From a candidate division FCPU426 bacterium (GTDB lineage: Bacteria; Oederibacteriota; Muellerivitia; Muellerivitales; Muellerivitaceae): DNA of 64,000 nt. Numbering within the stretch: position 1 is the stretch's first letter; each line of letters opens with the position of its first letter. Below are positions 26,600 through 37,207 of this stretch, piece by piece. The DNA is taken from NCBI GenBank assembly GCA_963738405.1, contig CAVTWJ010000004.1, positions 33,047 through 97,046 of the forward strand, given 5' to 3'. The translations under genes were made by a program, and so were the position numbers. A model generated the notes under the pieces. It made no database searches. It saw only the letters and a list, made by a program, of their open reading frames with translations, and had not been told where the DNA came from.

Positions 26600-29050
26600 A
26601 TGAAACCAAATTTCTTGCCCTCCAAGGGCAGCTTCCAAGACTCCCGCTCACTGGGGGTTCTTTTAATGGGTTTCTGGATTCTTTTTTTATTGATCCGTTT
26701 TTATTCCTCCCTGGAAAATCCATTTCATGCCCTATTTGCTTGGTTTTCCCTTCAAGGGATTCCTGACCGGCCATTGAACGAGAAAATAACCATTTGGATA
26801 GGCTTCGCCAAGTCGTTGTTTGTCGGTCTTTGGACCCTTTTATTGGCCTGGAGAGGAGGCCGGAAGATAAGGTTTTTTTTCCACAGATTTGAAAAATCTT
26901 ATCCAATGGAAGCTTTTTTGGATTTAGCCTTGGGCTTCCTCATGCTCAATTGCTTCTGGATGGGCTTGGGTTTGACAGGCCTATGGTTTCCCGGATTATG
27001 GGCCCTCCTAACCCTGCCCGCTGGTTTATGGGTCATTTGGGATCTTCACCCCCTTTGGAAAAACCTTCCGCCCATACGGCTGTCCCAGTTGAAAGGTAAA
27101 GCGGGTATCGGAATCCTATTTTTATTGTCCCTGGTCTATACGGGAATCTTGTTCGCCCATGATCTGCTTCCTGAAACCTTCTATGACGCCCTCAATTATT
27201 TTTTGGGAATGCCGCAGGCCTGGCTGAACCGCCATGGGATATGCGACCTGCCGACCCAAATGCTATCGGGCTATTTTCACGGGGGTTCGCTTTTTTTCAT
27301 GAACGCCCTGATCGCCGGCGACACGGGGGCCGCCAAGACGCTCAACGCTTTGGTGTTGGTGCTTTGCGTGGGGTTGGTTTGGAAATGGATGGAGGAATGG
27401 GGCGAGAAGGAAGGCGCGCTCTTTGCCGCCTTTTGGACCCTGACTTTCCCACTGTTCTTCATCAACTCCTGGGCCGTGCGGGTGGACGGCCTGGTAACCT
27501 TCTTAACCCTTCTTGTTTTTTATTCCCTCTCGCGTCTTTGGCCATCCGGTGAAATGGCGGCTAAGGGAGCCCGGGAGGCCTATTGGGTCTTCATGGCTTG
27601 CGCCTTGGGCGGGGCGGCGATCGCGGTGAAGCCCACGGCCCTGGTAGGGCTGGCTGCGGTTTCGCTATTGCTTCTTTGGGATAAGGGGCCTATTTGGTTT
27701 TTCCGGCCCAAGCATTGGGTCTTCGCCGGGGTTTGCTTTCTTGTTTTCGCCGGGCCTTGGCTTCTTAAAAATTGGGTCTATGCGGGCAACCCCCTCTTTC
27801 CTTACGCTTCATCCCTTTTCGGCGGGCGTTCCCTAACTCCCGATCATTACGCCCGACTGCTTGGTGAAAACCACCAGTTTCTTCCCATGGATCACGGCCT
27901 TTTCTCTTATCTCACCCTGCCATGGCGGTTGACTATGCCCCAGGAGGGGGAGACTCAATTTTTGGGGCCCCTGATCCTGGCTTTTCTGCCATTGTTATTT
28001 CTATTGAAACATTTGGACGGCCGCTGGAAACGATTGGCCTGGTTGACGGCCTTGTATTTGATATTAGGGCTCTGTTCCACCCACATGCTCCGTTTTTTAA
28101 TGCCGGGGTTTCTCATGCTCTTCGTGCTGGTGGGGAAGGCCGTGGCCCATTCGGGAGAGATGGTTAAAAAAACAGCTTGGGCGGCACTGGGGCTATCCGC
28201 AGTTTTGAACCTGGGCTCCTACGCGGTTTTAAGTTCTCGTTATTTTGACGGCGCTGGGGTTTGGTCGGGCCGGGAAACGCCGGAAGCCTACCTCGACCGG
28301 AAAATGATCAATTCTTATGAGCCGCTGGCCCGCTGGTGTGACTTTCTTCCTTCCGAATCCAAGGTGCTGGTGGTGGGGGATGCGAGGGGCCAATATTATC
28401 CCCGTCCTTTTCTCGCCAATTCGGCCTTTGATATGCCCTTTTTCGAGGAAGCCGCCAAGGAAGAGAAGAGCCCCCAGGGAATCCTAAAGCGCCTGAAAGA
28501 AGCCGGGATCGACGCCGTGGTCCTCAACCTACCGGAAGGCATGAGATTGAGCCAGCAATACGGCCTCTATCATCTCACTCCGGACCAATGGAAAAAGTTG
28601 GACCTCTTTTTTAAAGAAGGTCTAAAACCAGTCTTTATCAGGCCTACCCTGCAAGCCTATTTGGTGGGTGATTCACTTGGCGCCCCTGATTTAAAGGCTC
28701 CTTTTGATCCCTTCACCTTTTTTGACGCCGCGACTTTTGAATTTACCGAAGCCCTCCAAGCGGGTGACCTGAAAAAGGCAGAGGGATTGAGGCTTGAGGT
28801 ATTTAACCTTTTCCCCCGGGATGCCTATTGGCGGGAGCAATTGGCCCGATTGGACGAAGCGGAAGGAGTTCCCCAGCAAGCGTTGAAAGATTACAAGCAA
28901 GCGGACCAACTGGGGTTTTTGTCCCCGAATGGCTATGAAAGCTGGAAAACCCTTAGCCGAAAGTGGGGAAGGGGCAGGGACTTAGCCTTGATCACGAAAA
29001 GGGAGAAGGCTTGGGCTTCCCAGAAACAAACCGCGGGGGCTCAACCTTGA
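26600..29050 (+). CDS. Polytopic GT-C-like glycosyltransferase (ArnT/PMT-like), paralogue 1, with TPR-like tail
   Basis: Many TM helices; YDALNYFLGMP loop, AVKPT, KNWVYAGNPLFPY. Confidence 0.72.
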   Translation: MKPNFLPSKGSFQDSRSLGVLLMGFWILFLLIRFYSSLENPFHALFAWFSLQGIPDRPLNEKITIWIGFAKSLFVGLWTLLLAWRGGRKIRFFFHRFEKSYPMEAFLDLALGFLMLNCFWMGLGLTGLWFPGLWALLTLPAGLWVIWDLHPLWKNLPPIRLSQLKGKAGIGILFLLSLVYTGILFAHDLLPETFYDALNYFLGMPQAWLNRHGICDLPTQMLSGYFHGGSLFFMNALIAGDTGAAKTLNALVLVLCVGLVWKWMEEWGEKEGALFAAFWTLTFPLFFINSWAVRVDGLVTFLTLLVFYSLSRLWPSGEMAAKGAREAYWVFMACALGGAAIAVKPTALVGLAAVSLLLLWDKGPIWFFRPKHWVFAGVCFLVFAGPWLLKNWVYAGNPLFPYASSLFGGRSLTPDHYARLLGENHQFLPMDHGLFSYLTLPWRLTMPQEGETQFLGPLILAFLPLLFLLKHLDGRWKRLAWLTALYLILGLCSTHMLRFLMPGFLMLFVLVGKAVAHSGEMVKKTAWAALGLSAVLNLGSYAVLSSRYFDGAGVWSGRETPEAYLDRKMINSYEPLARWCDFLPSESKVLVVGDARGQYYPRPFLANSAFDMPFFEEAAKEEKSPQGILKRLKEAGIDAVVLNLPEGMRLSQQYGLYHLTPDQWKKLDLFFKEGLKPVFIRPTLQAYLVGDSLGAPDLKAPFDPFTFFDAATFEFTEALQAGDLKKAEGLRLEVFNLFPRDAYWREQLARLDEAEGVPQQALKDYKQADQLGFLSPNGYESWKTLSRKWGRGRDLALITKREKAWASQKQTAGAQP

Positions 29051-31395
29051 ATCCGCGTCCTTCTTCCGCCATGGCACCTTCTTCCATCCGCCTATTGCTC
29101 GCGGGTGCCTGGGCGCTGGGCCTGATTATTTTTTATTTTAAAACGGCCTCCATCACCTTTTCGGCCGTTCCAGGTTTCTTTGATCTTTCCCGATTTCTGG
29201 ACGTGGATTTCTCCGCCCGATGGGCGGTTTGGAAAGGGTCTTTAGGGATATTGGTTGCCTCGGCTGGAATCCTATGGCTGGTCATGGGATGGGGAAGACG
29301 GGTGGCTGGGTTATTAGGTCTCAAACCCGCTTCAAATTTCCTGCGCTGGGCCCTTTCTTTTGGCTTGGGGGGGTGCGTCCTGAACTTGTTTTGGATGGGA
29401 AGTGGTTTGGTACGGCTGTGGTTTCCGTGGGAGAAATGGCTGAATCTATTTATGATGGCCATAAATCTGATATGGATCAATACAGGGTTAGGCGCGTTTT
29501 GGTATCCGCACTTAGAATGGATTGTGGTTCTGCTATTGGTGGTTGTTTTAATGAAGCCGGCCTTTGGTTTTTTACGATCTGCAAGAAATTTGCGTTTCCC
29601 AGTTATAAAGCCTCCTAGTTTGGGTCTTGGATTGTTGGTCTTAATGGGGTTGTGGTTCAACTTATTATCCTTCACTCAGGCTCTAACACCTGAAAGCTTT
29701 TACGATTCGATGGTTTACCACTTGGCTGTCCCTGCCTTTTGGCTTCAACATCACGGTATGATAGATTTCCCGACGAATTTTTTTTCCAATTATCCCTTTG
29801 GCGGGGAGTGTTTTTTCTTGAACGGGTTTGCACTTCAGGGTACCGAGACGGCCAAGATGCTCCAGGCCCTAACAGTTCTGGCCTGTGCCTTCGCGGCGGG
29901 CGGTTGGGCCGAGGAAGTGGCGGGCCCTTCGGCCGGTATCAAGGCCCGCTGGCTCGCCTTTGGCTTGACGGCCACCCTTCCCCTTCTGACCTTGAACGCC
30001 TGGGCCACCCAGGTGGAAGGGTTATTGACGCTCTTCATCATTCTTTTTCTTTATTGTCTGACTCGCTTAAATGAGGGCGGTAAAAGATGGGTTTTGGCGG
30101 CAGGGCTTTTGGCGGGCGGGGCCTTAAGCGTCAAATACACGGCTCTCTTTGCCCTGGTGCCTGCCTTGGGGCTCTTGGGTTTTCAAAAAAGCTTTCGGCG
30201 TTTCTTTTCTTTTTCCAACATCCTGATCTTCGGGACCAGCGCATGCTTACTCTTTTTGCCCTGGGTTCTTAAAAACGTTGCCTATACGGGAAACCCGGTT
30301 TTTCCTTACTTGCCTAATTGGTTTTCGGGCCGTCATTTAAGCACCGAAGGATTCGCTCGTTTAATGGAAGAACAACATGCGGTAGCCGCCCATACCTTTT
30401 GGCAATGGTTGGCCCTACCCTGGACCCTCACCTTTTCTAACCCCGACAGTTACAACTTTTGCGGGCCCTTGGCTTTGGGGTTGGTTCCTATTCCCTTTTT
30501 GATCGGGTCTAAGCATCCGGCATTAAGGTTCCTTTCCCGCTTGTGCCTGCTTCTATTGGTGGTCGGGTTGGCTTCTACTCATATCCTTAAATTTTCCTTG
30601 CCGGTTTTTCCCCTCTTTTATGTGCTGGTAGCTTGCCTGGCGGGAATCCAAACCGATTCCAGATGGCTAACTGGCACAGCCTGGGCTGGGGTTTTGGCGA
30701 GCCTTCTTTGTTTGGGGCCTTTGCTGGCAATCGCCCAGTACTACTACCCCTCCATGGGCGTCTTAACAGGGGCTCAAACGAGGGACGAGGCCTTAGTTTC
30801 GCAGGGCAAGATCACACCCTATTTGCCAATGGCCCGGTGGCTTTTGCCACCCCACGTGACAGCCTCATCGACTCTCTTGATCATTGGGGATGCGCGGGGC
30901 CTTTATTACGGCCAGCCTTTTCAAACCAACACGGTTTTCGATGAACAGTTTCTCTCCAGGGCCTGCCGGGAAGGGAAGGATGCGGAAGGTTTGAAACTCG
31001 CCTTAAAAGAAGCGGGGGTGGATTACCTGGCGGTGAATGGGCCGGAGGGGATTCGGGTTTCGGATCAGTACCATCATTACGATTTAACCTCCGCCCAATG
31101 GCAGCTATTGGATGACTTTATACAAACGGGAACGGATATGGTTTATTCCCATAACCTTCAGGCGGTTTATAAGATCAGGAGTGATTGGAAGGCAAAGCCC
31201 TCGTCCGAAACACCCGATCTGTTGCTGTTGTTTTCGAAGCCCGCTGTCGACTTCATGCGCCAATCGCAACAGCAGAAGTGGGATGAAGCCCTGGTCGATC
31301 TTCAGGAAACCGCGAAACTTTATTCATTCTCATCTTTTTGGCAGGATCAGTTGAAGGAATTAGAGAATAAGATTGGGAGTTTGAAAAATGGTTGA
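29047..31395 (+). CDS. Polytopic GT-C-like glycosyltransferase (ArnT/PMT-like), paralogue 2
   Basis: YDSMVYHLAVP, SVKYT, KNVAYTGNPVFPY, IGDARG; collinear with the preceding gene; start uncertain (TTG 29047 or ATG 29071). Confidence 0.72.
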   Translation: MNPRPSSAMAPSSIRLLLAGAWALGLIIFYFKTASITFSAVPGFFDLSRFLDVDFSARWAVWKGSLGILVASAGILWLVMGWGRRVAGLLGLKPASNFLRWALSFGLGGCVLNLFWMGSGLVRLWFPWEKWLNLFMMAINLIWINTGLGAFWYPHLEWIVVLLLVVVLMKPAFGFLRSARNLRFPVIKPPSLGLGLLVLMGLWFNLLSFTQALTPESFYDSMVYHLAVPAFWLQHHGMIDFPTNFFSNYPFGGECFFLNGFALQGTETAKMLQALTVLACAFAAGGWAEEVAGPSAGIKARWLAFGLTATLPLLTLNAWATQVEGLLTLFIILFLYCLTRLNEGGKRWVLAAGLLAGGALSVKYTALFALVPALGLLGFQKSFRRFFSFSNILIFGTSACLLFLPWVLKNVAYTGNPVFPYLPNWFSGRHLSTEGFARLMEEQHAVAAHTFWQWLALPWTLTFSNPDSYNFCGPLALGLVPIPFLIGSKHPALRFLSRLCLLLLVVGLASTHILKFSLPVFPLFYVLVACLAGIQTDSRWLTGTAWAGVLASLLCLGPLLAIAQYYYPSMGVLTGAQTRDEALVSQGKITPYLPMARWLLPPHVTASSTLLIIGDARGLYYGQPFQTNTVFDEQFLSRACREGKDAEGLKLALKEAGVDYLAVNGPEGIRVSDQYHHYDLTSAQWQLLDDFIQTGTDMVYSHNLQAVYKIRSDWKAKPSSETPDLLLLFSKPAVDFMRQSQQQKWDEALVDLQETAKLYSFSSFWQDQLKELENKIGSLKNG

Positions 31396-33277
31396 TCGAA
31401 TGGGAAGGGCATCAATTGGGCTTCTTCTTTTTTGGGTGCCCCTGACCTTCTATTCCCGCAGTGCGGACGGCTTCGTACTGTCCAAAGAATGGGTTGCTCT
31501 GGGTGCCGGGATTTTGCTGGTGGGGTTGGCCCTTTCCCGTATCCCAAGCCTTTTGCGAAATCCATTGGTTGTTATTTCGGGTCTCTTTCTGCTGTGGATG
31601 CTGGGAGATGGATTACTCACTGTGTCTGATTCCACATCTGTGTGGGTCGGTTCCGCCTATCTTTGGGTCATTTTCCTTACCTTTATTGCGGTGGTTTTGA
31701 TCGCTGGGCGGGGATTTACCTACGAAAAAATGCTTCATCTAGCCCTAGCGGCAGGGGTTTTCACGGCGGCCTATGGCTTGGCACAGGCATTGGGGGCCGA
31801 TACCCATAATTGGGACACTCATTTCGAACGCCGGGCCTTTGCCACGCTGGGTAACCCCGATTATCTGGCCGGTTACTTGGTTGCTCTCCTTCCCATGTCG
31901 TTGATTCTTACCCTTCGATCCTCCGGTCAAAGATGGTGGTTCGGTTTTAGGGCCATCACCCTTCTATTATTCGCCGGGCTTCTCGTAACACGGGTTCGAG
32001 GTTCCTTATTGGCTCTAGGGCTTTCCCTGTTAGTTCTGGTCTTGGGGCTTTGGATGCCCTGGGGCAAAACACTTGCCGCTAAAAATAAGAAAACCCTCGG
32101 GATTGCCTTCGCACTGTTGTTAGCGGGTGGGGCGGCTTATTGGTTCCGTTACGGGGGCTTGAATGCTTTCGACATGGGGCAGGTTTCGGTTCAACAGCGC
32201 CTTCAGACCTACCAGGTGGGGATGGAAATGCTGAAGGACCACCCCCTCACCGGGATCGGCCTGGGCCAACTGGGACGGGATTATCCTCTCTACCAATGGA
32301 GGCCCTATACCCAAGCCGAATGGCCTGCCCATCCCCTGACCCTGACGGAACATCTCCATAATGAGTTTTTGCAGTTCGCTGTGGAAGGCGGATGGATCGG
32401 ATTGGGGTTGTATCTGCTGGTTCTGTTGGCCTTTGCCCGACAGACCTTCCAGCTTTTTGGAAATCCAACCACCTCCTCCGCCTCTAAAGAATTAATGTTG
32501 GGAATCGTGGCTTCGCTGGTTGCTCTGTTGGGGCAGGCTTTGACCAATTTTCCCTTTCAAGTGATCCCAACGGGAGTACTTTTGGGATTGTTCTTTGCGG
32601 CGCCAGTGGCATTAGCGCCAAGGGCAATAGAACCCCAAAGGTTTCGCGTGGGTCGAGTCTCAATGGCGGTATTAGGCTTGGTTCTATTGGCATTGGGGGC
32701 CTGGGGGGCCAAGAACATGGCGGCCTCCATCGCTTTAAGGGACACCGTGGGTGAAACCAACCTGGGGAACGCGGCCAAGGCCGGTGCCTATGCCGATCGG
32801 TTAGCGGGTTTGGCCCCAGGCGACCCTAAGGCTTGGGACGCGGTGGCCAAGGCTAGGGAATTGAACAAGCAATGGGACGGGGCAATGGAATCCTACGCCC
32901 GGGAAACAGCGCTCAACCCTAACGTGGTGGAAGCCTATTACGCCATGGCTCAAGACCGGATCATGCAGGGGCGTTTGGATGAAGCCCTGGCCCTTTGCCA
33001 AAAATGTTTAGCGGTGGCGCCTAATTATTCGTCGGTCGTGTGGCTGGAAGGCGTTTGCTATTTCAAGTTGAACCGATATGCCGAGGCCACACAGGAATTT
33101 GAGCAGTTCATTCCCTATGCACCCATGGAAGAATCACTCTATGTAAATTTGGGGGTTTGTTACGTAAAGTCGGCCCGTAAGGCCGACGCAGTGGCGGCTT
33201 GGAAAAAGGCTTATTCCCTCAACCCGCAGGACGCCCAAGTGGTCCTTTATCTAAAATCGGTGGGTGTGAAGATTTAA
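31388..33277 (+). CDS. O-antigen ligase / O-oligosaccharyltransferase-like membrane protein with C-terminal TPRs
   Basis: ATLGNPDYLAGY, TRVRG, HPLTGIGLG, HLHNEFLQ (Wzy_C-like); TPR-like repeats after about aa 460. Confidence 0.85.
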   Translation: MVDRMGRASIGLLLFWVPLTFYSRSADGFVLSKEWVALGAGILLVGLALSRIPSLLRNPLVVISGLFLLWMLGDGLLTVSDSTSVWVGSAYLWVIFLTFIAVVLIAGRGFTYEKMLHLALAAGVFTAAYGLAQALGADTHNWDTHFERRAFATLGNPDYLAGYLVALLPMSLILTLRSSGQRWWFGFRAITLLLFAGLLVTRVRGSLLALGLSLLVLVLGLWMPWGKTLAAKNKKTLGIAFALLLAGGAAYWFRYGGLNAFDMGQVSVQQRLQTYQVGMEMLKDHPLTGIGLGQLGRDYPLYQWRPYTQAEWPAHPLTLTEHLHNEFLQFAVEGGWIGLGLYLLVLLAFARQTFQLFGNPTTSSASKELMLGIVASLVALLGQALTNFPFQVIPTGVLLGLFFAAPVALAPRAIEPQRFRVGRVSMAVLGLVLLALGAWGAKNMAASIALRDTVGETNLGNAAKAGAYADRLAGLAPGDPKAWDAVAKARELNKQWDGAMESYARETALNPNVVEAYYAMAQDRIMQGRLDEALALCQKCLAVAPNYSSVVWLEGVCYFKLNRYAEATQEFEQFIPYAPMEESLYVNLGVCYVKSARKADAVAAWKKAYSLNPQDAQVVLYLKSVGVKI

Positions 33278-33286
33278 AAAAACCGA

Positions 33287-34552
33287 TCAACTTCCCGCGA
33301 TCAGTTTTTCCCACAAAGCCTCATTGATCATGATCTTGCTGATGAAGTCTTTTTCGTCAATTTCGGCGGAACGCGCGACCGGGTTGAGAGGAAAGGTTAA
33401 AGTGAAAACATTTCCCTTGCCGTTCTCGTTTCGCGCCGTGATGCGCCCGCCGTGGTGATAAACGATGAAAAAGCACGTCATCAGATAGATACCGAATTCG
33501 CTGGGCTTGCCGCTGCGCACGAAAAAGGGATCGAAGATGGATTGGAGCGCGTCCTGGGAAAGGCCCGGGCCGTTGTCCTCCAGCTCAATCTGGATTTCCC
33601 CTGGTCCTTCCTTGGGGCCGATGGCCTCTGCGGTCCATTTCACCTGTCCTCCCGAAAATAGGGAAGCGGCTTCCTCCATCAATAAAAGCTCGAAAAGGCG
33701 GTGAAACTGCTTTTGGTCCACGTGAAGTTCGGGCAGGGAAGCGGGAATCTTGTTTTGGACGGCGATACCTTTCTGATCCAGTTCGGGCTTCACCTTGGCG
33801 ATGGCCTGCTCAACCACCTGGTGAAGGCTCACCTTGTCGGGGAATTCGGGGGAGGGTCTTTCCGAGGACTCCCATAGGTCGCTTAAAAGGTTGACCACCT
33901 TGTCCATTTGCCCCTGAACCTTCTGGTAATAATCCTTCCAAAAGTCGGGGTTGCGCAATTGCTCGACGTTGATGTTTTCTTCCTGCAGTTTCCTGGGGGC
34001 CAGGTCCAAGAAGGTCTTCACTGCCACCATCGAGTTGCGGATGTGGTGACTCAAACCGGTCGCGAGAATACCTAAGCTTAAAATCCGGTCGGTCAGCATG
34101 ACGTTGTAAAGGGTGGACATCTTTTCCCGCAACAGCTGGTCCCTTTCGCTTTGAACCATGAAAAATTCCAAGCCGCGCTTGAGGGTGATTTCCAACTGGG
34201 GGATATCCCAGGGTTTGGTGATGTATTTATAGATGGCGCCCGTATTAACGGAATCGATGGCGGTTTCCAGGTCCGAATAGGCGGTAACCAGTATCCGCAA
34301 GATATGGGGCTTCAAATGGCGGGCTTTTTCCAGAAGCTGGATGCCCTTTTCTCCGGGCATCCTTTGGTCGGTCATGAGGACGGCGATTTGAGCCAGGTTT
34401 TCCCTTAGGATCTGGTAGCCCTCAAAGGCGTTGGGCGCGGTCAAAACCGAGAATTTCTCCCCAAAAGCCTCCCGAAAATATTTCAAGGATTTCTCTTCGT
34501 CGTCCACGTAGAGAATGTAGAATTTTTTATAGTCGTAATAGTTGGTTGTCAT
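33287..34552 (-). CDS. PhcR-like hybrid: receiver plus histidine-kinase-like domain, no DNA-binding domain
   Basis: REC (YVDDE, TDQRMPG, KPW), then SHHIRN, degenerate N-box, DNGPGL, FDPFF. Confidence 0.82.
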   Translation of the reverse strand: MTTNYYDYKKFYILYVDDEEKSLKYFREAFGEKFSVLTAPNAFEGYQILRENLAQIAVLMTDQRMPGEKGIQLLEKARHLKPHILRILVTAYSDLETAIDSVNTGAIYKYITKPWDIPQLEITLKRGLEFFMVQSERDQLLREKMSTLYNVMLTDRILSLGILATGLSHHIRNSMVAVKTFLDLAPRKLQEENINVEQLRNPDFWKDYYQKVQGQMDKVVNLLSDLWESSERPSPEFPDKVSLHQVVEQAIAKVKPELDQKGIAVQNKIPASLPELHVDQKQFHRLFELLLMEEAASLFSGGQVKWTAEAIGPKEGPGEIQIELEDNGPGLSQDALQSIFDPFFVRSGKPSEFGIYLMTCFFIVYHHGGRITARNENGKGNVFTLTFPLNPVARSAEIDEKDFISKIMINEALWEKLIAGS

Positions 34553-34564
34553 AGTCCGTCCTTT

Positions 34565-37207
34565 TTAAGCTTTCGCCGGTAATTCAAGGGTGAACTCGGT
34601 AAATTTCCCCTTTTCACTCCTCGCCGAGATCCTTCCCCCTTGCTCCCGCAAAATGCGGTAGCAAATACTCAAACCCAATCCCATGCCCTGTCCCACGTCT
34701 TTGGTCGTAAAAAAGGGATCAAAGATTTTATCCAGGTTTTCGGGGTTGATTCCTGAACCGTTGTCCCGGACCTGGATGAACACCTTCCCGTTTTCAAAAC
34801 GGCTCTTAATCCATATCAGGGGCTCTTCGCCATCGAAATTCTTTTCCTTCAGGGCGTCGGAGGAATTTTGAATCAAATTCACGAAAACATGGATCATCTT
34901 GTTCCGGTCGGCCAGGACCTGCTGGTCTTCCGGCACTTCGATTTCGACCTTGACCCTATCCTTTAATTCGTGGCCCAGAAAGCGTAAGGCGTTGGAAAGA
35001 ATTTCTTTTAAGCCGATCAGGTCCACGCTTCCCCCTGCCTTGGGGTGGGTGAAGCTGCGAAGATCGGACACGATGCGCTGAACCCGGTTCACTCCGTCCT
35101 CGATATCGGTGACGGTTTCAACGAACTTTTCCCTTTCTTGATCGGGCAGGCGGTCTTTTTTCGCTTTCAACAGATAGAGGGCTTGCACGGCGTAATTGAG
35201 AGGGTTGTTGATCTCATGAATAATACCGGCGCTGAGACGCCCAAGGGAAGCCATCTTTTCGTTTTGGACCAATTGCCCTTCCGTTTCCTTCAGCTGTTCG
35301 AGAGTCGTTTCTAGTGCACTTTTTTGTCGGATCAACTCCCGCTGAAATTGATGGGATTCGATCAAATTTTTGACTCGTACATGCAGTTCGGTGTTGGAAA
35401 AAGGTTTTGTCAAAAAGTCGCTCGCGCCGGCGTCCAAGGCCGAGAATTTGGTGTCCTCGTCGGCCCGGGCGGTCAAGAGCACGACAGGAATGGCTTGGGT
35501 GGAAACTTGTTTTTTCAATTCCCGGCATGCCTGGACGCCGTCTTTCTCGGGCATCATCATGTCCAGCAGGATAAGATCGGGCAGGAACTGCTTTGCCTTT
35601 TCCACCGCCTGGTTTCCATCCACGGCCTCGATGATCTCGTAATGTTTTTCCAAGCGCGATTTGATGAACCTCAGCATGTCCGGCTCATCGTCCGCCACCA
35701 GCACCTTTTTCTTTTGGCTATTTCCGTAGTTGTCCGTGCGGAGGGACTCCGAAAGGGGCGTCAGGGTGCTGAAAAGCTCGGCTCGCCTGTAAAGATTGGT
35801 AAGCCATTCCTCGTCCTGGGCAGATTCGGCCAACATTCCACCGGGTTCCCCGGCTTTTTCGGAGACCGGAGAGGTCTTGGCCGCCTCGAAGGGAATCCGG
35901 ATCGTCATGGTCGTGCCCGCTCCCAGACGGCTTTGAGCCGTGACAGAGCCCCCTTGGGCTTCTGTTAATTCCTTCACCAGGGCAAGGCCGATGCCCGTTC
36001 CCTGGTACTTCCTTTGGGCCGAGGAATCGGCTTGCCAGAAACGGTCGAAGATAAAGGGAAGATTTTCCTCGGAAATCCCCATGCCCGTATCCTTGATCAC
36101 TAATACCAGTTGGGAATCTTCTTTATTCGCGGTCAATTCCACCCGCCCCCCGCTGGGGGTGAACTTCAAGGCGTTAAAAAGGAGATTGAGGATGATTTTT
36201 TCCATTTTGTTCTGATCCAGCATGACGGCGCCAATGGATTCGTGGACGCGGGTGGAGAGGTTGATCCGCTTGTCCTTCGCCGTGCCCTGAATGGACTGGA
36301 TCAAACCCTTCACGAAGAGTTCCAAATTCACTGGTTCTTTTTTGACCTCCATGCGGCCCGATTCCAGCTTGGCCAGGTCCAGAAGGTCATTGATCAGTTT
36401 CAATAAACGCATTGCGTTGTTTTCCATGGTGGACAGGATGTCCCTGGATTCCTCATCCAACAGATGCTTTTTTTGATTTCTCAGGGCCTGGAGGGGCGAA
36501 ACGAGAAGCGTTAAGGGCGTTCGGAGTTCATGGCTGATATTGGCGAAGAAACGGCTTTTCATTTGATCCATCTCGATCAGTTTTTGATTGGTTTCCGCAA
36601 GTTTTTTTCGGTTCTGGTCCAGCTCATAACGGGTCGTGAACTCCCGGATGCGCAGGCGGTTAGTGAAATAACTTCCAACGACCGCGAAAGTGGAAGTCAG
36701 AATGAGGAAATAGGTATTGTTGAAAAAAAGGCCACCGAAGGAAACCGGCCCGTGGGCAAAGCAGGCGGTTAAGTACATCAGAAAGGTCAGCCCGGAAAAA
36801 ATGAGCGTTTCCTGGTAGGTCCAGGGAGAGACCAGGCAAAAGGCCACCAAAACCACGTTGAGCCCGGCGTAATAGGGGGAGTGGGCTCCTTCCGAAGCGT
36901 AAATCATCCAGGCGATGGCGCCCTGGGGCACCATGAGCATGGCGATGAAGAAAACCCGGTCCAATCGCGCGGCCCAGGGGCGGTAATAAAGGATTAAAAA
37001 TATGCCCACCAATAAGGAAGAATACAATCGGAGCTCTAAAAAATAAGGAACCAACGAGGGATAAACATTCATGTCCAACGATATGCCCGCCGGCATCCCA
37101 ACCATCGCGAAGATACATACGATTTTAAATAAACGGGACCTTTCCGCCCGGTTGTAATCCTCATAGGCTTTTTGAACTTCAGGCTGTTCCAGCAGTTTTT
37201 CTTTCAT
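34565..37207 (-). CDS. PhcS-like membrane hybrid histidine kinase (TM-HK-REC-HK)
   Basis: About 6 N-terminal TM helices; [23 protein letters not shown] (ADDE, LDMMMP); second kinase [20 protein letters not shown]. Confidence 0.88.
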   Translation of the reverse strand: MKEKLLEQPEVQKAYEDYNRAERSRLFKIVCIFAMVGMPAGISLDMNVYPSLVPYFLELRLYSSLLVGIFLILYYRPWAARLDRVFFIAMLMVPQGAIAWMIYASEGAHSPYYAGLNVVLVAFCLVSPWTYQETLIFSGLTFLMYLTACFAHGPVSFGGLFFNNTYFLILTSTFAVVGSYFTNRLRIREFTTRYELDQNRKKLAETNQKLIEMDQMKSRFFANISHELRTPLTLLVSPLQALRNQKKHLLDEESRDILSTMENNAMRLLKLINDLLDLAKLESGRMEVKKEPVNLELFVKGLIQSIQGTAKDKRINLSTRVHESIGAVMLDQNKMEKIILNLLFNALKFTPSGGRVELTANKEDSQLVLVIKDTGMGISEENLPFIFDRFWQADSSAQRKYQGTGIGLALVKELTEAQGGSVTAQSRLGAGTTMTIRIPFEAAKTSPVSEKAGEPGGMLAESAQDEEWLTNLYRRAELFSTLTPLSESLRTDNYGNSQKKKVLVADDEPDMLRFIKSRLEKHYEIIEAVDGNQAVEKAKQFLPDLILLDMMMPEKDGVQACRELKKQVSTQAIPVVLLTARADEDTKFSALDAGASDFLTKPFSNTELHVRVKNLIESHQFQRELIRQKSALETTLEQLKETEGQLVQNEKMASLGRLSAGIIHEINNPLNYAVQALYLLKAKKDRLPDQEREKFVETVTDIEDGVNRVQRIVSDLRSFTHPKAGGSVDLIGLKEILSNALRFLGHELKDRVKVEIEVPEDQQVLADRNKMIHVFVNLIQNSSDALKEKNFDGEEPLIWIKSRFENGKVFIQVRDNGSGINPENLDKIFDPFFTTKDVGQGMGLGLSICYRILREQGGRISARSEKGKFTEFTLELPAKA

